From Synechococcus sp. A15-28 (GTDB lineage Bacteria; Cyanobacteriota; Cyanobacteriia; PCC-6307; Cyanobiaceae), in contig NZ_CP047931.1 of the NCBI RefSeq assembly GCF_014280175.1, positions 1,200,001 through 1,232,000 on the forward strand: a DNA stretch of 32,000 nucleotides, read 5' to 3'. The notes beneath the pieces were generated by a model that searched no databases, had not been told where the DNA came from, and was given only the letters and a program-made list of their open reading frames with translations. Positions 8,338 to 17,514 of this stretch are shown here, piece after piece; the first letter of the stretch is position 1, and each line of letters opens with the position of its first letter. Both the position numbers and the translations under genes were made by a program.

Positions 8338-8747
8338 GGCAACGAACAGGACCAGCGGACCTTAACGGGCGTATCTGGTCGAATGGGGTATGACGACCAG
8401 GATTGATAGGAGGAACGTCGCTCCAGACGACCGTCTGCGCACACAGCCCGCATCGCCAGCACCCTGGTCGACCATTCGGTCTGACCCGCTTTTTTCAGCA
8501 GCAGGGCGGCACTGAACTCAACGGTGTCCCCCACAGCTTGAGCAGCTCGCAGGTACTCCGCTGCTTGAACACGGTCATTGCGGATCGCCTCCATGAACTG
8601 CCACGTCGGCTCCGGCAGGTGAGCCTCCCGCACCTGCCGCCACTCCTCAGGCTCCGGCTGCGGGCGCCAGTCCGCCAGGGCGGCGGCCCCATGCACAACA
8701 GCAAGCAGCCCAAGGGCGGCGCCGGTCCAACGATGAAGTTTCAGCAT
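8334..8747 (-). CDS. Secreted hypothetical protein
   Basis: Signal-like 'WTGAALGLLAVVHGAAALADW'; 4-nt overlap with the HLIP gene. Confidence 0.5.
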   Translation of the reverse strand: MLKLHRWTGAALGLLAVVHGAAALADWRPQPEPEEWRQVREAHLPEPTWQFMEAIRNDRVQAAEYLRAAQAVGDTVEFSAALLLKKAGQTEWSTRVLAMRAVCADGRLERRSSYQSWSSYPIRPDTPVKVRWSCSLP

Positions 8748-8778
8748 TCAATCCACGGCGAAGGAGATGACTCCATCC

Positions 8779-8818
8779 CAGCAGGCGGCTGTTGCGTCCA
8801 GCAGGCGGATGTTGCGTG
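8779..8818. repeat. Imperfect 20-bp tandem duplication
   Basis: cagcaggcggctgttgcgtc / cagcaggcggatgttgcgtg. Confidence 0.6.
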
Positions 8819-8844
8819 TTGAAGGCGGTGCCGATCAAAACAAG

Positions 8845-8869
8845 AAAAAACCCCTGCATTGAGTAGGGG
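8845..8869 (-). terminator. Rho-independent terminator for minus-strand transcription
   Basis: Plus strand aaaaaa-cccctgc-attga-gtagggg; on the minus strand a 7-bp hairpin (one G-T pair) followed by TTTTTT. Confidence 0.55.
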
Positions 8870-9243
8870 CATAACACTGTGTTCCCTCAGATTCACAACA
8901 CCCGCAGGGCTGGATCGGTGGACACCAGCTGTACAGAAGATGAAGCCGAAGACGACGGCCAGCAAGCACTGCAAAGCGGTTTTGGTTTGGCTGGTTTGGG
9001 TGGTGGTCATGGCTGATTCCTCTGTCGTGGAAGGGGATGTTGAAACCCCTCGAATGCATTCAGCATCAGCGAAGCAAAGGCTTTGCACATCCCCCAGATG
9101 AGTGAAAATGCTCGCCGGATTATTCACTTGGAATGAATTAATACCAACAACTTTACGAAGCGTTGAAACGCAAACATGAACAAATGGTTATGGCATCAGG
9201 CAGATTGAACGTGTCATGTTGAGATCGTTACGCCTCAGAAATC

Positions 9244-9429
9244 ATGTCAACAACCACTGAGGGACGGACTCCCTACACCGTTCGCCACAAGAACTCAAAC
9301 GGAGAGAAACTGGAGTCCTGCTTCTACGCCAGTGATGCCTATGAAGCCCGGCTGCTGGCCATGGAGTTCAACGCGTACATCAAACAGCATCCGAATTGCA
9401 TCGACTCCATCCTTCAGACCAAGGCCTGA
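9244..9429 (+). CDS. Small hypothetical protein (61 aa)
   Basis: MSTTTEGRTPYTVRHKNSNGEKLESCFYASDAYEARLLAMEFNAYIKQHPNCIDSILQTKA; protein-like composition. Confidence 0.6.
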   Translation: MSTTTEGRTPYTVRHKNSNGEKLESCFYASDAYEARLLAMEFNAYIKQHPNCIDSILQTKA

Positions 9430-9433
9430 AGCA

Positions 9434-9628
9434 TCAAGGCTCGGGCTGCTGAGCAGCAGCCCGACGGCGCTCCACCTGAACAAACAACAGCCAGGCCAGG
9501 CTGGCCAGGCCGCCCCCCAGCCAATCGCTGCGCAGAAGCTCGACGATCGCCACGGTGCTAGCGCCGATCCTCAATCCCCGCAGCAGAAGATCCATCAACG
9601 CAGGTGTCCGAGGCTGATCGCGCTGCAT
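9434..9628 (-). CDS. Small membrane hypothetical protein (64 aa)
   Basis: Downstream part of ORF 9434..9841 from MQRDQPRTPALMDLLLRGLRIG...; avoids overlap with the plus-strand gene at 9667. Confidence 0.45.
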   Translation of the reverse strand: MQRDQPRTPALMDLLLRGLRIGASTVAIVELLRSDWLGGGLASLAWLLFVQVERRRAAAQQPEP

Positions 9629-9666
9629 CGGCAGGATCCGGAAGGATGGCGTCACGGAAGCTTCCC

Positions 9667-10161
9667 ATGACCTCAGATCTGCCGCTGGACTCCGCCGTTG
9701 TCCTTGACCTGGAACGTCAGGCCCGGCAGCAGGGGACAGGGATAACGCCCCAACACCTCGCTGGCTGCTGGTGGCTGAACACCACCTGGTCGCGTCAAGG
9801 CGCGGCCGCACCGAAGGCCTCCTCGCTGCTGTTGCGCGCACTCCAGGCCTGTCTGGAACTGGAGGTGCAGGAAGCAGATCTGCGGATCGCCAACCAGGTG
9901 AGCCTTGGGCCGCTGCAGCTTCGCTTCGAGGGGAGCGCCTGCCTGGTGGGTCGCCGGCCCCTTTTGCAGTTCAGCTTCTCAACCGTGCGGGTGATGCTCG
10001 GTTCAACACGTCTGTTCGAACGAAACCTGGCCCAACCGCAGCCGCAGCGCATGCCCTTCTTTGCCCTCATCGGCGTGGGCAAGGACGCCAACTGGCTCTG
10101 TGCCCGCGGGCGCGGGGGAGGTCTGGCGCTATGGGTGAAGGACCCTGCGCTGCAGCGATGA
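9667..10161 (+). CDS. Conserved-looking cyanobacterial hypothetical protein, possibly fibrillin/PAP-like
   Basis: 'GPLQLRFEGSACLVGRRPLLQFSF...FFALIGVGKDANWLCARGRGGGLALWVKD'; ends 4 nt into the NUDIX gene. Confidence 0.55.
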   Translation: MTSDLPLDSAVVLDLERQARQQGTGITPQHLAGCWWLNTTWSRQGAAAPKASSLLLRALQACLELEVQEADLRIANQVSLGPLQLRFEGSACLVGRRPLLQFSFSTVRVMLGSTRLFERNLAQPQPQRMPFFALIGVGKDANWLCARGRGGGLALWVKDPALQR

Positions 10162-10589
10162 CCATCAGCGTCGCCCTGGCCATGCTCGAGCGGGATGGTC
10201 GCTGGTTGCTGCAGCTCCGTGATGATATCGACTCGATCATCTACCCGGGTCACTGGGGTCTGTTCGGGGGCCATGTTGAGCCGGGGGAGTCAGCGGCTGA
10301 GGCTGTTCAGCGCGAACTGGAGGAAGAAATCAGTTGGTGCCCTTCCGCACCACTGCAGCACTGGTTCAGCGATGCCAGCAGCAGCCGCACCGCCCAAGTG
10401 TTCCGGGGCGCGCTGACGGTGCCCCTGGACCAGCTGAAGCTCAAGGAAGGGCAGGACCTCAAACTCGCCAGCCTCGAGGAGCTCGGCAGCGAGATGATCT
10501 GGAGCGATCACTGTCAGGAACTGCGTCCGATCGCCCCAGGCCTGACCATCGTCATTCGCCGTCTGCTGGCCGAAATGAATGACAGCTGA
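10158..10589 (+). CDS. NUDIX hydrolase
   Basis: Nudix box 'GHVEPGESAAEAVQRELEEEI'; ATG at 10158 overlaps the upstream stop. Confidence 0.9.
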   Translation: MTISVALAMLERDGRWLLQLRDDIDSIIYPGHWGLFGGHVEPGESAAEAVQRELEEEISWCPSAPLQHWFSDASSSRTAQVFRGALTVPLDQLKLKEGQDLKLASLEELGSEMIWSDHCQELRPIAPGLTIVIRRLLAEMNDS

Positions 10590-11367
10590 AGCCTGGTTCG
10601 ACATCAAGGACGGCGAAGCCTGGCTGGGGGAGCAACCGGTCCTGCGGGACCTGTCTCTGCAACTGCGACTGGGGGAATCCACCACCGTGCTGGGGCCCAA
10701 CGGGGCCGGCAAGAGCAGCCTGGTGAAGCTGATCGACCGCAGCCTGCATCCGATCGTCAAACCGACGGCCCACCTCAAGCTGTTCGGGGCATCCACGGTG
10801 AATCTCTGGCGGTTGCGGCGGCGGTTGGGGGTGGTGACCAGTGAACTGGAGCTACGCATTCCGGCGCGCTGTCCTGCCCGGGAGGTGGTGCAGTGCGGCC
10901 TGTTCGGCTCCATGGGTCTGGGCCGTGACCAGGTGCCGAGCACAGCTCAACGGGAGCACAGCGACCGGCTCCTCGAGCAGCTCGATCTGCAGTCGATCGC
11001 CGAGCAACGCTTCGGGACGCTGTCGGACGGTCAGAAACGTCGGCTGTTGATCGCCCGGGCCCTGGTGCACGAACCGGAGGTTCTGGTGCTGGATGAACCG
11101 AGTCGCGCCCTGGATCTGAAGGCCTGCCATCGACTGCTCCACACCCTGCGGCAGCTCTGCCGCCAGGGCACCACCGTGGTCCAGGTGACCCATCGCATCG
11201 ACACGATCGTCCCGGAGATGCAGCGGGTGCTGTTTCTATCCAGCGGCCGGATCGTGGGGGATGGTTGTCCCGAGGCGATGCTTCAGGACAACCCCCTCAG
11301 CAAGCTGTTTGAAACGCCGCTGCAGGTGGTGCACGCCAATGGCTTCCGTCAGGTGCTGCCGGCCTGA
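10579..11367 (+). CDS. ABC transporter ATP-binding protein (orphan, no adjacent permease)
   Basis: Walker A 'GPNGAGKSS', signature 'LSDGQKRR', Walker B 'VLVLDEPS', H-loop 'VTHR'. Confidence 0.9.
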   Translation: MTAEAWFDIKDGEAWLGEQPVLRDLSLQLRLGESTTVLGPNGAGKSSLVKLIDRSLHPIVKPTAHLKLFGASTVNLWRLRRRLGVVTSELELRIPARCPAREVVQCGLFGSMGLGRDQVPSTAQREHSDRLLEQLDLQSIAEQRFGTLSDGQKRRLLIARALVHEPEVLVLDEPSRALDLKACHRLLHTLRQLCRQGTTVVQVTHRIDTIVPEMQRVLFLSSGRIVGDGCPEAMLQDNPLSKLFETPLQVVHANGFRQVLPA

Positions 11368-12056
11368 CCAGGGCCTGCCTCCAGCCACTGCTGCAGGCTG
11401 TCCATCGGCTGAGCGGGCGAGCTGGTGATTTCAATGATGCGACCACATGCGGCCGGAACCTCCAGAGCATCGAGGCAGACCCGCGCCACCAGGCGGCGGG
11501 GAATGCTGTTGCTCTGCTGCTGATCGGCAGCGGTGAACACAACCCCCTCCGCCTCAGCACGCCCGTCGTCTTCACTGAGGCCCCCGGGGCGGACGATGGT
11601 CCAATCCAGGCCGCTGCGCTCCAGCCAGCGCTCACCCAGTCGTTTCCACACCAGGATCAGTCCGAACAGATTGAGCGGGTGCAGCCAGCGGCCGGCACAG
11701 AGGGAACTCACCAGCACCACCCGCTGGAGACCGACGGCGCGGCAGGCCTGCACCTGCGCCTGCACCCCGGCAGCATCCACCTGCAGCGGGCCCGCGAGAT
11801 TGATCGAGGGTCTGGCGCCCGTGGCAATCACCAGTGCTGTGCATCCCTTCAGGGCATGCAGCAACGCCTCGCCCGAACTGAGATCAAGCCGATGCACCTG
11901 CAGCCGTTGATCCCGCTCGGCTGCCGCCCAGGCCGGAGGCACCAGCGACTCCGGCCGCACGATGGCCCGCACGGACAGCCCGCGCGCCAGGGCTTCCTCC
12001 ACCAATCGCCATCCGGTTTTGCCGGAGGCACCGGACACCGCCAACCGCTGCATCAA
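11349..12056 (-). CDS. NAD(P)H-binding SDR family protein
   Basis: 'LAVSGASGKTGWRLVEEALARGLSVRAIVR' Rossmann motif; 'SGLDWTIVRPGGL'. Confidence 0.85.
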   Translation of the reverse strand: MMQRLAVSGASGKTGWRLVEEALARGLSVRAIVRPESLVPPAWAAAERDQRLQVHRLDLSSGEALLHALKGCTALVIATGARPSINLAGPLQVDAAGVQAQVQACRAVGLQRVVLVSSLCAGRWLHPLNLFGLILVWKRLGERWLERSGLDWTIVRPGGLSEDDGRAEAEGVVFTAADQQQSNSIPRRLVARVCLDALEVPAACGRIIEITSSPAQPMDSLQQWLEAGPGQAGST

Positions 12057-12063
12057 CCTTGTC

Positions 12064-12948
12064 TCAGAGATCTCCAGTCAACTGCCCCTGGGACCGCCTG
12101 AGCACACCATGGCGTGGTGCCAGGAGGAAGGCCAGCAGGAACTGTGCCGTTTGGGCAAGCACGATGCAGCCGGCGGTGGAGCTGTCGGTCCAGTAGCTGA
12201 TGAACACGCCAAGGACACTGGACAGAACGCTGCTGATCACCGCCAGAACGGTCATGCGATCGAAACGGTCGGTGAGCAGGTACGCCGTGGCGCCGGGGGT
12301 GACCAACATCGCCACCACCAGAATGATGCCAACCGTCTGCAGGCCGACCACCGCCGCCAGAGAGAGCAGACCCAGCAGCATGTAGTGCAGAACCCCGGTG
12401 TTGATTCCGATCGAGCGGGCGTGGGTGGGGTCAAAGCAGAACAGCATCAGGTCCCGCCGGAACAGCAGCAGCAGCACCAGCACCAGGGCTGAAATCAGCA
12501 GCGTCTGCTGGATGTCTCCCTCGGTGATGCCGAGAACATTGCCGAACAGGATGTGGGTGAGATCGATGTTGCTGCGGGTCTTGGACACCAGCACCAGGCC
12601 CAGAGCAAAAAACCCGGTGAACACCAGCCCGATCACCGTGTCTTCCTTGACCCGGGATTTCTGCTTCACAAACCCGATCGCCGCCACGGACCCCACACCG
12701 AAGACGAAGGCCCCCAGCGAAAAGGGCAGGCCCAGGGCGTAGGCCACCACCACGCCGGGCAGCACCGCATGGGAGACGGCATCCCCCATCAACGCCCAAC
12801 CCTTCAGGGTCATGTAGCAGGAGAGCAGTCCGCAGACGCCTCCCACCAGGGCGCTCACCAACAGCGCTCTCACCATGAAGGCGTGACTGAGGGGTTCCAG
12901 CAGCCAGTCCATGCAGTGCAAGACAGCGTTGCCCACATCCTCAACCAT
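12064..12948 (-). CDS. mntB: Manganese-type ABC transporter permease (MntB-like)
   Basis: 'MVEDVGNAVLHCMDWLLEPLSHAFMVRALLVSALVGGVCGLLSCYMTLKGWALMGDAVSHAVLPGVVVAY...' typical of ZnuB/MntB family; the ORF upstream of 12948 is antisense to another gene. Confidence 0.88.
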   Translation of the reverse strand: MVEDVGNAVLHCMDWLLEPLSHAFMVRALLVSALVGGVCGLLSCYMTLKGWALMGDAVSHAVLPGVVVAYALGLPFSLGAFVFGVGSVAAIGFVKQKSRVKEDTVIGLVFTGFFALGLVLVSKTRSNIDLTHILFGNVLGITEGDIQQTLLISALVLVLLLLFRRDLMLFCFDPTHARSIGINTGVLHYMLLGLLSLAAVVGLQTVGIILVVAMLVTPGATAYLLTDRFDRMTVLAVISSVLSSVLGVFISYWTDSSTAGCIVLAQTAQFLLAFLLAPRHGVLRRSQGQLTGDL

Positions 12949-13008
12949 GAAAGAGACAGTTGAGCTGATGCGGAAAACGTTCAGGATGGGGATCCAGGCT
13001 TCGGCTCG

Positions 13009-14340
13009 ATGCCCCGCGCCTCCACCCTGATCGCCAGGCCGGCGCTGCGCCGGTTGCCGACACGGCCGAGCCGGCTTGTGCAGGGTCTGATCCGGCGGTT
13101 GCTTCCCAGGCTGTTTCGGCTGCAGGGCCTTGAACTGCGCAGCGGTAACGCTGCGGAAGGGCTGGCAAGGGCCTTTGATGCGCAACAGGCTGGTGAGAGC
13201 ACGCTTCTGATTGCCTTCCGTCACCCCAGCACCCGGGACCCGTTGGTGCTGGCGGATCTGTTCTGGAACCGGGTCCCCGCGGAGGCCGCCGCATGGCGCA
13301 AACCCCTGCCACGGCCAGTGGAGCTGCGCTTCCTCTACGACCGCGGCATCCCGATCTGGGCCGGCCCGCTGATCGGCTGGCTGCTGCAGCGCTGCGGAGG
13401 AATCGCCATTCATCGCGGCCGGCTTGACCGTCCGGCCCTGGCCCAGGCGCGAGCAACCCTGGCGCAGGGTCTCCATGCCCTAGTGGTGGCACCGGAGGGC
13501 GCCACCAACAACCTCTCCGGAGAGATGGCGCCACTGGAGCCAGGGGTGGCGCAGCTCGCCTTCTGGGCGGCCGACGATCTCGCCAAAGCCAACGACAGCC
13601 GAGAGCTGCAGTTGCTGCCGCTCGGCATCCGCTACAGCTGGCGCCAGCAGCGCTGGAGCGCTCTCGATGAACGACTTTCCGCCCTGGAGAGACATCTCGG
13701 CGTGGAGCCGGAGCAGGAGCCGGCCGAAGACCCGATCAGCCCCCGTCGGGACCGGTTGCTGCGCATCGGTGCCCACCTGATGAAGGCGCTTGAGCAACTG
13801 GAACGGCTGAAGCCTCCCGAAGGAACAAGCCTCACCGAACGGATCGAGGGCTACCGACTGCACGGGCTGGCCACTGCGGAGGCCCATTTCCAGCTGAAGG
13901 CCGGCGGCAACCTGCAGGAACGCTGCCGCCGGATCGAACAGGCCGCCTGGGATCGCATCTACAGGGAAGAGCTGGACCAGTTGCCGCCGCTTGAGCGGGG
14001 CCTGGCGGACTGGGAAGCCCAGGAAGCTGATCTGCAGCTCAGCCGCATGCGACTGGTGGAGCATTTCACCAGCGTCAGCGGTCATTACGTCAGTGATCAG
14101 CCGGACTTCGACCGTCTGGCCGAGATGCTGTTGCTGGTGGAGGAAGCCATCGGGTGGATCGAAGCCAAACCCTGGCCAGCCCGCCCTTCCCTCGGACCCC
14201 AGCGGGTGGAACTGAGTCTCGGTGATCCCCTGCCGGTGGAGAACCGGCTGAAGGACTATCACCGCAACCGGCGTCGTGCCGTCCAGGACCTCACCCAGGC
14301 CCTGGAACAGGAGCTCAGCTCCCTGATCTCTCCAGCCTGA
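13009..14340 (+). CDS. PlsC-like 1-acyl-glycerol-3-phosphate acyltransferase with a long C-terminal extension
   Basis: 'LIAFRHPSTRDPLVLADLFWNRVP...GGIAIHRGRLDRPALAQARATLAQGLHALVVAPEGATNN' (HxxxxD-like and EG motifs). Confidence 0.8.
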   Translation: MPRASTLIARPALRRLPTRPSRLVQGLIRRLLPRLFRLQGLELRSGNAAEGLARAFDAQQAGESTLLIAFRHPSTRDPLVLADLFWNRVPAEAAAWRKPLPRPVELRFLYDRGIPIWAGPLIGWLLQRCGGIAIHRGRLDRPALAQARATLAQGLHALVVAPEGATNNLSGEMAPLEPGVAQLAFWAADDLAKANDSRELQLLPLGIRYSWRQQRWSALDERLSALERHLGVEPEQEPAEDPISPRRDRLLRIGAHLMKALEQLERLKPPEGTSLTERIEGYRLHGLATAEAHFQLKAGGNLQERCRRIEQAAWDRIYREELDQLPPLERGLADWEAQEADLQLSRMRLVEHFTSVSGHYVSDQPDFDRLAEMLLLVEEAIGWIEAKPWPARPSLGPQRVELSLGDPLPVENRLKDYHRNRRRAVQDLTQALEQELSSLISPA

Positions 14341-14361
14341 ATCCACACCCAAGGAAAGCTC

Positions 14362-14868
14362 ATGCTCATCGCCTATCTCATTTGCCTGCTGGCTGGCGCA
14401 GTGCTGATCAGCCTCTCCCTCGACAACGAGGCGGGGTTGGACGGTGAAGCCGGCAACCTGTCCCTGTTGTTCAGCACACCGTTCTGGTCCTTCGGGCTGA
14501 CCGGGTTCGGGCTCTGCGGCGTGCTGATGATGCTGCTGAGTCCGCCGGGGTCCTGGATTCCCCCCAGTGCTGTGGCCCTGCCCATGGGGCTGCTGATGGG
14601 ATGGGGTGCCAATCGAATCCTCAGGACCCTGGCCCGCCGCGAGGCGGACAGCCTGGTGCGCAGCGATGACCTGATCGGCCACCAGGGGAGGGTTTCCCTG
14701 ACGATTGAACCTGGCGAGCGGGGGTTTGTGGAACTGAATGTGCGCGGCAGCCTGATTCGTCGGCCGGCCCGCTGCAGCCAGGGACAGCTGCTGCGCGACA
14801 CCAGCGTTGTGGTGATCCAGGCGGATGCCAACACCCTGGAGGTGGAAGCGCTGGAGAACGCGACGTGA
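14362..14868 (+). CDS. NfeD-like membrane protein with C-terminal OB-like domain
   Basis: N-term TM segments, then 'DDLIGHQGRVSLTIEPGERGFVELNVRGS...VVVIQADANTLEVE'; immediately upstream of flotillin genes, the classic NfeD context. Confidence 0.7.
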   Translation: MLIAYLICLLAGAVLISLSLDNEAGLDGEAGNLSLLFSTPFWSFGLTGFGLCGVLMMLLSPPGSWIPPSAVALPMGLLMGWGANRILRTLARREADSLVRSDDLIGHQGRVSLTIEPGERGFVELNVRGSLIRRPARCSQGQLLRDTSVVVIQADANTLEVEALENAT

Positions 14869-14916
14869 GGCGGCCTTACCAATCGGCGCTACCCAAGGGG
14901 TCACCCTGCCGCCGCC

Positions 14917-16248
14917 ATGACGCACCCACCCGGTCTTCAGACCCAGGCCACGACTCCGGCATTCATTCCCTCCAACCGCAACCAGAGCGAAGCGGTGATC
15001 GGTGGTGTCGCAGCACTGTTCATCCTTCTGGTCGCCCTGAACCTGATCAGACGCTGGATGATCCGCATCTGCCGGCCCAACGAGATGCTGGTGGTCACAG
15101 GCAGCCGCAGCAACCAGGGTCAGCAGGGCATCAAGGGATACCGGGTGGTGGCCAATGGCGGATGGACCTTCGTCAAGCCAATCCTGGAGACCGCCCGCCG
15201 CATGGATGTGACCCTGCTGCCGGTGCTGGTGGAGGTGAAGAACGCCTACTCCAAGGGAGGCACGCCGCTCAACATTCAGGCGATCGCCAATGTGAAGGTG
15301 AGCAGTGATCCGGAGGTGCGCAACAACGCCATCGAACGCTTCCTTGGCCGCAATCCTGAGGAAATCGTGCAGGTCGCCAGGGAGAACCTGGAGGGCAACC
15401 TCCGCAGTGTGCTGGCCCAGCTCACCCCGGAACAGGTGAATGAGGACCGACTTCGTTTCGCCGAGCGGATCGCTGAAGACGTCGGCGACGACCTGCGACG
15501 TCTCGGACTGCAACTCGACACCTTCAAGATTCAGAGCGTCTCCGATGACGTGGACTACCTGAACTCAATCAGTCGCAGGCGGGTGGCCCAGATCGTCTGC
15601 GACGCCAAAATCGCAGAGTCGTAAGCCATCGGGGAGGCGGAGCGCAAGGAGGCCGAGATGGAGGAAGTGGCGGAGGTGGTCAGCAGCGAAGCCGAAACCG
15701 TGGTTCTGGAGAAGGACAACGCGGTGCGCACCAAGGTGGCGCAGATGGAGAAGCAGGCCCGTTCCGAGGAGGAGCGCACCACGGCAGCGGAACTGGAAGC
15801 CAAGGCCAAAGCACAGCAGAAACTGCAGAAGGTGCGCTCGGAGCTGGAGCGTCTGAGGCTGCAGGCGGAGGAGGTGCTGCCTGCCCAGGCCAACCAGAAG
15901 GCACGGAAACTGCGCGCCCGCGGCCAGGCTGCAGCCACCGCAGAGGATGTCAAGGCCAGCGCCCTGGTCAACGACCTGCTCACCCAGGTGTGGGAAGACG
16001 CCGGCAGCACCGCTGAACTGGTGTTCCTGCTGCAGCAGATCGAGATGGTGCTCGACCAGGCCACGCGGCTGCCATCCCGACTGACCCTGAAACGGATCAC
16101 CAGCCTCGATGGCGACGACGCCACCAGCCTCGCCAGCCTGGTGGCCCTGAACCACGTCGTGGTCCGTCAGTTCTTTGAGCAGGTGAAAGAGATCCTCGGC
16201 ATCGATCTGCTCGCCACCCTGTCCACCACCCAGCAAGGAGACAACTGA
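14917..16248 (+). pseudogene. Flotillin/SPFH domain protein, copy 1, interrupted by an in-frame TAA at 15622-15624
   Basis: ORFs 14917..15624 (SPFH part) and 15658..16248 (coiled-coil/C-terminal part) are in the same frame (offset 741 nt) with a single stop between them; could be a pseudogene or a recoded/split gene. Confidence 0.75.
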
Positions 16249-17459
16249 TGTTCATCGCCCTCGGACTCACCGGCGCCGCCGGCATCTGGGCTTTCGTGGT
16301 GCTGCTGCGACAGCTCTATTACATCTGTCAGCCCAGTGAGGTGCTGATCTTCGCTGGACTTCGCCGCACCACCGGCAGCGGCCAGAGCGTCGGCTACAGA
16401 ACCGTGCGGGGCGGCAGTGCCCTGCGCATTCCCCTGCTGGAGGAGGTGATGCGGCTCGATCTGAGCAACATGATCATCGACCTCAAGGTGGAAAACGCCT
16501 ACTCCAAGGGAGGCATCCCACTGAACGTCTCCGGGGTGGCCAACATCAAAATCTCCAGCGATGAACCGGGAATCCACAACGCCATCGAGCGCCTGATCGG
16601 CAAGGAGCAGGACGAGATTCGCCACATCGCCAAGGAAACCCTGGAAGGCAACCTGCGCGGTGTGATGGCCAGCCTGACGCCGGAACAGCTGAACGAAGAC
16701 AAGATCACCTTTGCCCGCACCCTGCTGGAGGAAGCGGAGGACGACCTGCAGAAACTGGGTCTTGTGCTCGACACCCTGCAGATTCAGAACATCTCCGACG
16801 ATGTTCGCTATCTGGACTCGATCGGCCGCAAGCAACTGGTGGAACTGAAGCGCGATTCCCGCATTGCCGAAGCGGAAGCCAAGTCGCAGTCAGCGGTGAA
16901 GCAGGCGGAGAACGAACGCACCACGGCCCTCAGGCGGCTCGACAAGGACCTCGCGGTTGCCACCGCCGATGCAGAAAAACGGGTGAAGGATGCCCTGACG
17001 CGTCGTGAGGCCCTCGTGGCTGAGGTGCAGGCTCAGGTGGGAGCTGAACTGGCCCGCGCTGAGGCGGAGCTGCCGGTGCAACAGGAGCGCATGTAGCAGG
17101 TCACGCAGCAGCTTGAAGCGGATGTCATCGCCCCGGCGGAATCGGAATGCCAGTCGATGATGGCCGAAGCCAAAGGTGAGGCCGCCACGATCGTCGAGCA
17201 GGGTCGCTCCCAGGCGGAGGGCCTGCGCGATCTGGTGGAGTCGCTGAAGCGCTCCGGCGATGACGCCAAGCGACTGTTCCTGTTGCAGAAACTCGAACCG
17301 CTGCTGACGATGCTCAGCGACACCGTTCAGCCGATCAAGGTGGAGGAGGTGAACCTGATCGGCGAACGGGAGGGGGGGATGAACCTGTCGCTGGCCACCC
17401 TGCTGAAACAACTGCAGGAGAGCACCGGCCTGCGGTTGCCTGTCAGCGAGAGCGAATGA
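16248..17459 (+). pseudogene. Flotillin/SPFH domain protein, copy 2, interrupted by an in-frame TAG at 17094-17096
   Basis: ORFs 16248..17096 and 17157..17459 are in the same frame (offset 909 nt); sequence reads ...LPVQQERM*QVTQQLEADVIAPAESECQSMMAEAKGEAATIVEQGRSQAEGLRD.... Confidence 0.75.
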
Positions 17460-17514
17460 AACGGTTCATTCGGCTACACCTTCGCCAGGATCAAATCTCG
17501 AATCCATCGTTCCC

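Noticed and set aside
8779-8818. Possible start of a CRISPR or large tandem array
   Set aside because: Only two adjacent 20-bp units with no spacers; a simple local duplication.
12949-13476. N-terminal ~176-residue extension of the permease ORF 12064..13476
   Set aside because: Antisense to the acyltransferase start region; the permease proper begins with a family-like start at 12948.
13480-15513. 677-aa minus-strand ORF
   Set aside because: Entirely antisense to the acyltransferase, NfeD and flotillin genes; His/Gln/Arg/Gly-rich low-complexity translation typical of the mirror frame of GC-rich coding DNA.
15622-17096. Programmed recoding (selenocysteine/pyrrolysine or alternative code) as the explanation of the flotillin stops
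   Set aside because: The stops are TAA and TAG, not TGA; no SECIS-like or pyl machinery is seen and all other genes use standard stops. Nonsense mutation, error or simple readthrough is more economical.
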